A stretch of 64,000 nt of DNA, taken from the NCBI GenBank assembly GCA_030295235.1, contig AP026167.1:1-64000 (forward strand), given 5' to 3'. The translations under genes were made by a program, and so were the position numbers. This DNA comes from Fistulifera solaris (Eukaryota). Positions 62,522 through 64,000 of this stretch are shown in pieces; position 1 is the first letter of the stretch, and every line of letters starts with the position of its first letter. The notes below the pieces were generated by a model, which was not told where the DNA came from, ran no database searches, and was given only the letters and a program-made list of their open reading frames with translations.

Positions 62522-64000
62522 ATGGAACCAGAGATAGAACGAGAGAAGTTCCTCTTGGAGCACATTCCAGAAGAACGGCAATCTGCCGCGCTAAAATCGT
62601 TTCGACCAAGGTCGTGTTCTGGTCGAAATTAAAAATGTATCGATTTGTGAAAGACCCCCGTGATCTTATAGGATTCGAGTGGAGGAGATGCTCGAAAACT
62701 GCTATATGGCGAGACAATGGGACGATCATTTGCCTCGGTGGTGCCGGTTTTGAGGCATATCTGGATCGATACTTTTTCCAAAGCAGGGGATTATCACTTC
62801 AAGGGCTCTATCTATCTACGGTAAAACAGATGCGGCAATTGCCGAGACAGCTACGTGGTTCTGGTCGTTACAGCGTCCAGAAGAAAATTCCTATCTAGAG
62901 ACTTTCATTATGGACGCAAGGGAGGATCAAATCTTTGATTTTGCTGCCCTACAGCCCGAGCCATTGGCGCGTATCCTCGACTGCAACCCAGCACGTAGAT
63001 ATGCGTTCACAAAAGGAAGTTGGAACACGGCACAATCCGTCATTCTTGCATCAAGGCCCTATTCTTTGAAGTGGAAATTCACCGAGGACTCCTTTGCTTT
63101 TGAAGACGACGGCACAGCGTTTGTTGATACGCTAATCAATCGACACTCTTCGTTTGGGTCGCTGCATTTTGACTGCAAAATTGATGATATGCCTTTGAGC
63201 CGCCAAAATTTTAAACGCCTCTTGAAACTTGGCAATTTTGATAAGCTCAAGCTCAGGTACCTTGACGAGGAAATGATTCTTCTTCCCTTCGCTGCCAACG
63301 TGCATGAGCTTACCTACGTGATCAATGCACGAGATTTTCAGCCGAAGCATATCAAATCTTTGAACGTCAAAACCAGGAAGCTCAAATTAGGCATAGGATT
63401 GGACGACGTAGTTGATTGGGATAGGATTCCTGTTTCCTTTTTGAATCGTTTCAGCGAAATCGGCACTTTCGAGAAGCTGCACTTCAGCGTTAATTCTTGG
63501 GACCTACGACAGCCCATTGACGTAAACAAAGTAACGTCCATTGCTGAAGCAATAATTTCAGTCATAAAAGCGAATCAATGCCTAATGCACTTGAATTTGA
63601 GTCATTCTTACTACACCTTTGACTGGCTTCCTCACTTGCAGAGTATTTTTGAGGCCGTGGGAGGTCACGAGTGTCTACGTGAGCTTATTGTTCCTGATTA
63701 TCCTGAGCAAGAAGATCCCAACTATTCCTGGCTGAAGCGCTTGCTTACTCGTAATCGAAGTATTATGGTATTGTATCATAAAGGCGACAAGATCACTGAT
63801 GGATCCAGTATCGACAGGCTGTATGCGTTGAATCGATGTTATCGTGGATCGGCAGCACTAATGAAGGAGGAGTCTATATCCTTGCGACCACATCTTGTAG
63901 CGGCAGCATTACAGAATAACGCGTCACGGAAATTTGATCATGCAGCATTATTGCTTGCCAACCACGTGGACGTGCTATCCGAATTTATGCACGGCGCAGA
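62522..64000 (+). CDS. Family A protein running off the window end; two 5' frameshifts (~62610 and ~62780)
   Basis: MEPEIEREKFLLEHIPEER; MYRFVKDP..IWRDNGT; open frame IYGKTDAAIAETATWFWSL..PFAANV..LLTRNR..DGSSIDRLYALN..LLANHVDVLSE to base 64000. Confidence 0.82.

Noticed and set aside
5740..64000. Family A as a transposon-encoded protein or a true NLR
   Set aside because: No transposase, RT or integrase motifs, no TIR/LTR/TSD around the copies, and no P-loop NACHT/NB-ARC motif seen

Overview
Left end of a eukaryotic chromosome, almost certainly a pennate diatom: it has a (CCCTAA)n telomere and an 'AQAFAP' bipartite plastid-targeting presequence, and the dominant gene family resembles hypothetical proteins I recall from Fistulifera. 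From the end inward: about 440 bp of telomere; a CpG-poor ~3.2-kb subtelomeric block ending in an internal telomere-like junction at ~3.7 kb; a two-exon plastid class II fructose-bisphosphate aldolase; then a dense array (5.7-64 kb) of roughly 28-30 copies or fragments of one intronless ~500-560 aa LRR/RNI-like family, called family A here. About 15 copies are near full length, most are transcribed toward the telomere, and several form head-to-head pairs. Embedded in the array are two related divergent cassettes of secreted or type-I membrane protein genes (a VWA protein plus a small mucin-like TM protein at 33-37 kb; two Cys-rich proteins at 56.8-60.1 kb) that share modules, promoter segments and 3' ends in a mosaic way. 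There is also a palindromic minisatellite and a probable Helitron fragment. Most single frameshifts, including the one in the aldolase, fall in homopolymer runs and are probably consensus errors. All calls come from reading the sequence; no database searches were run.
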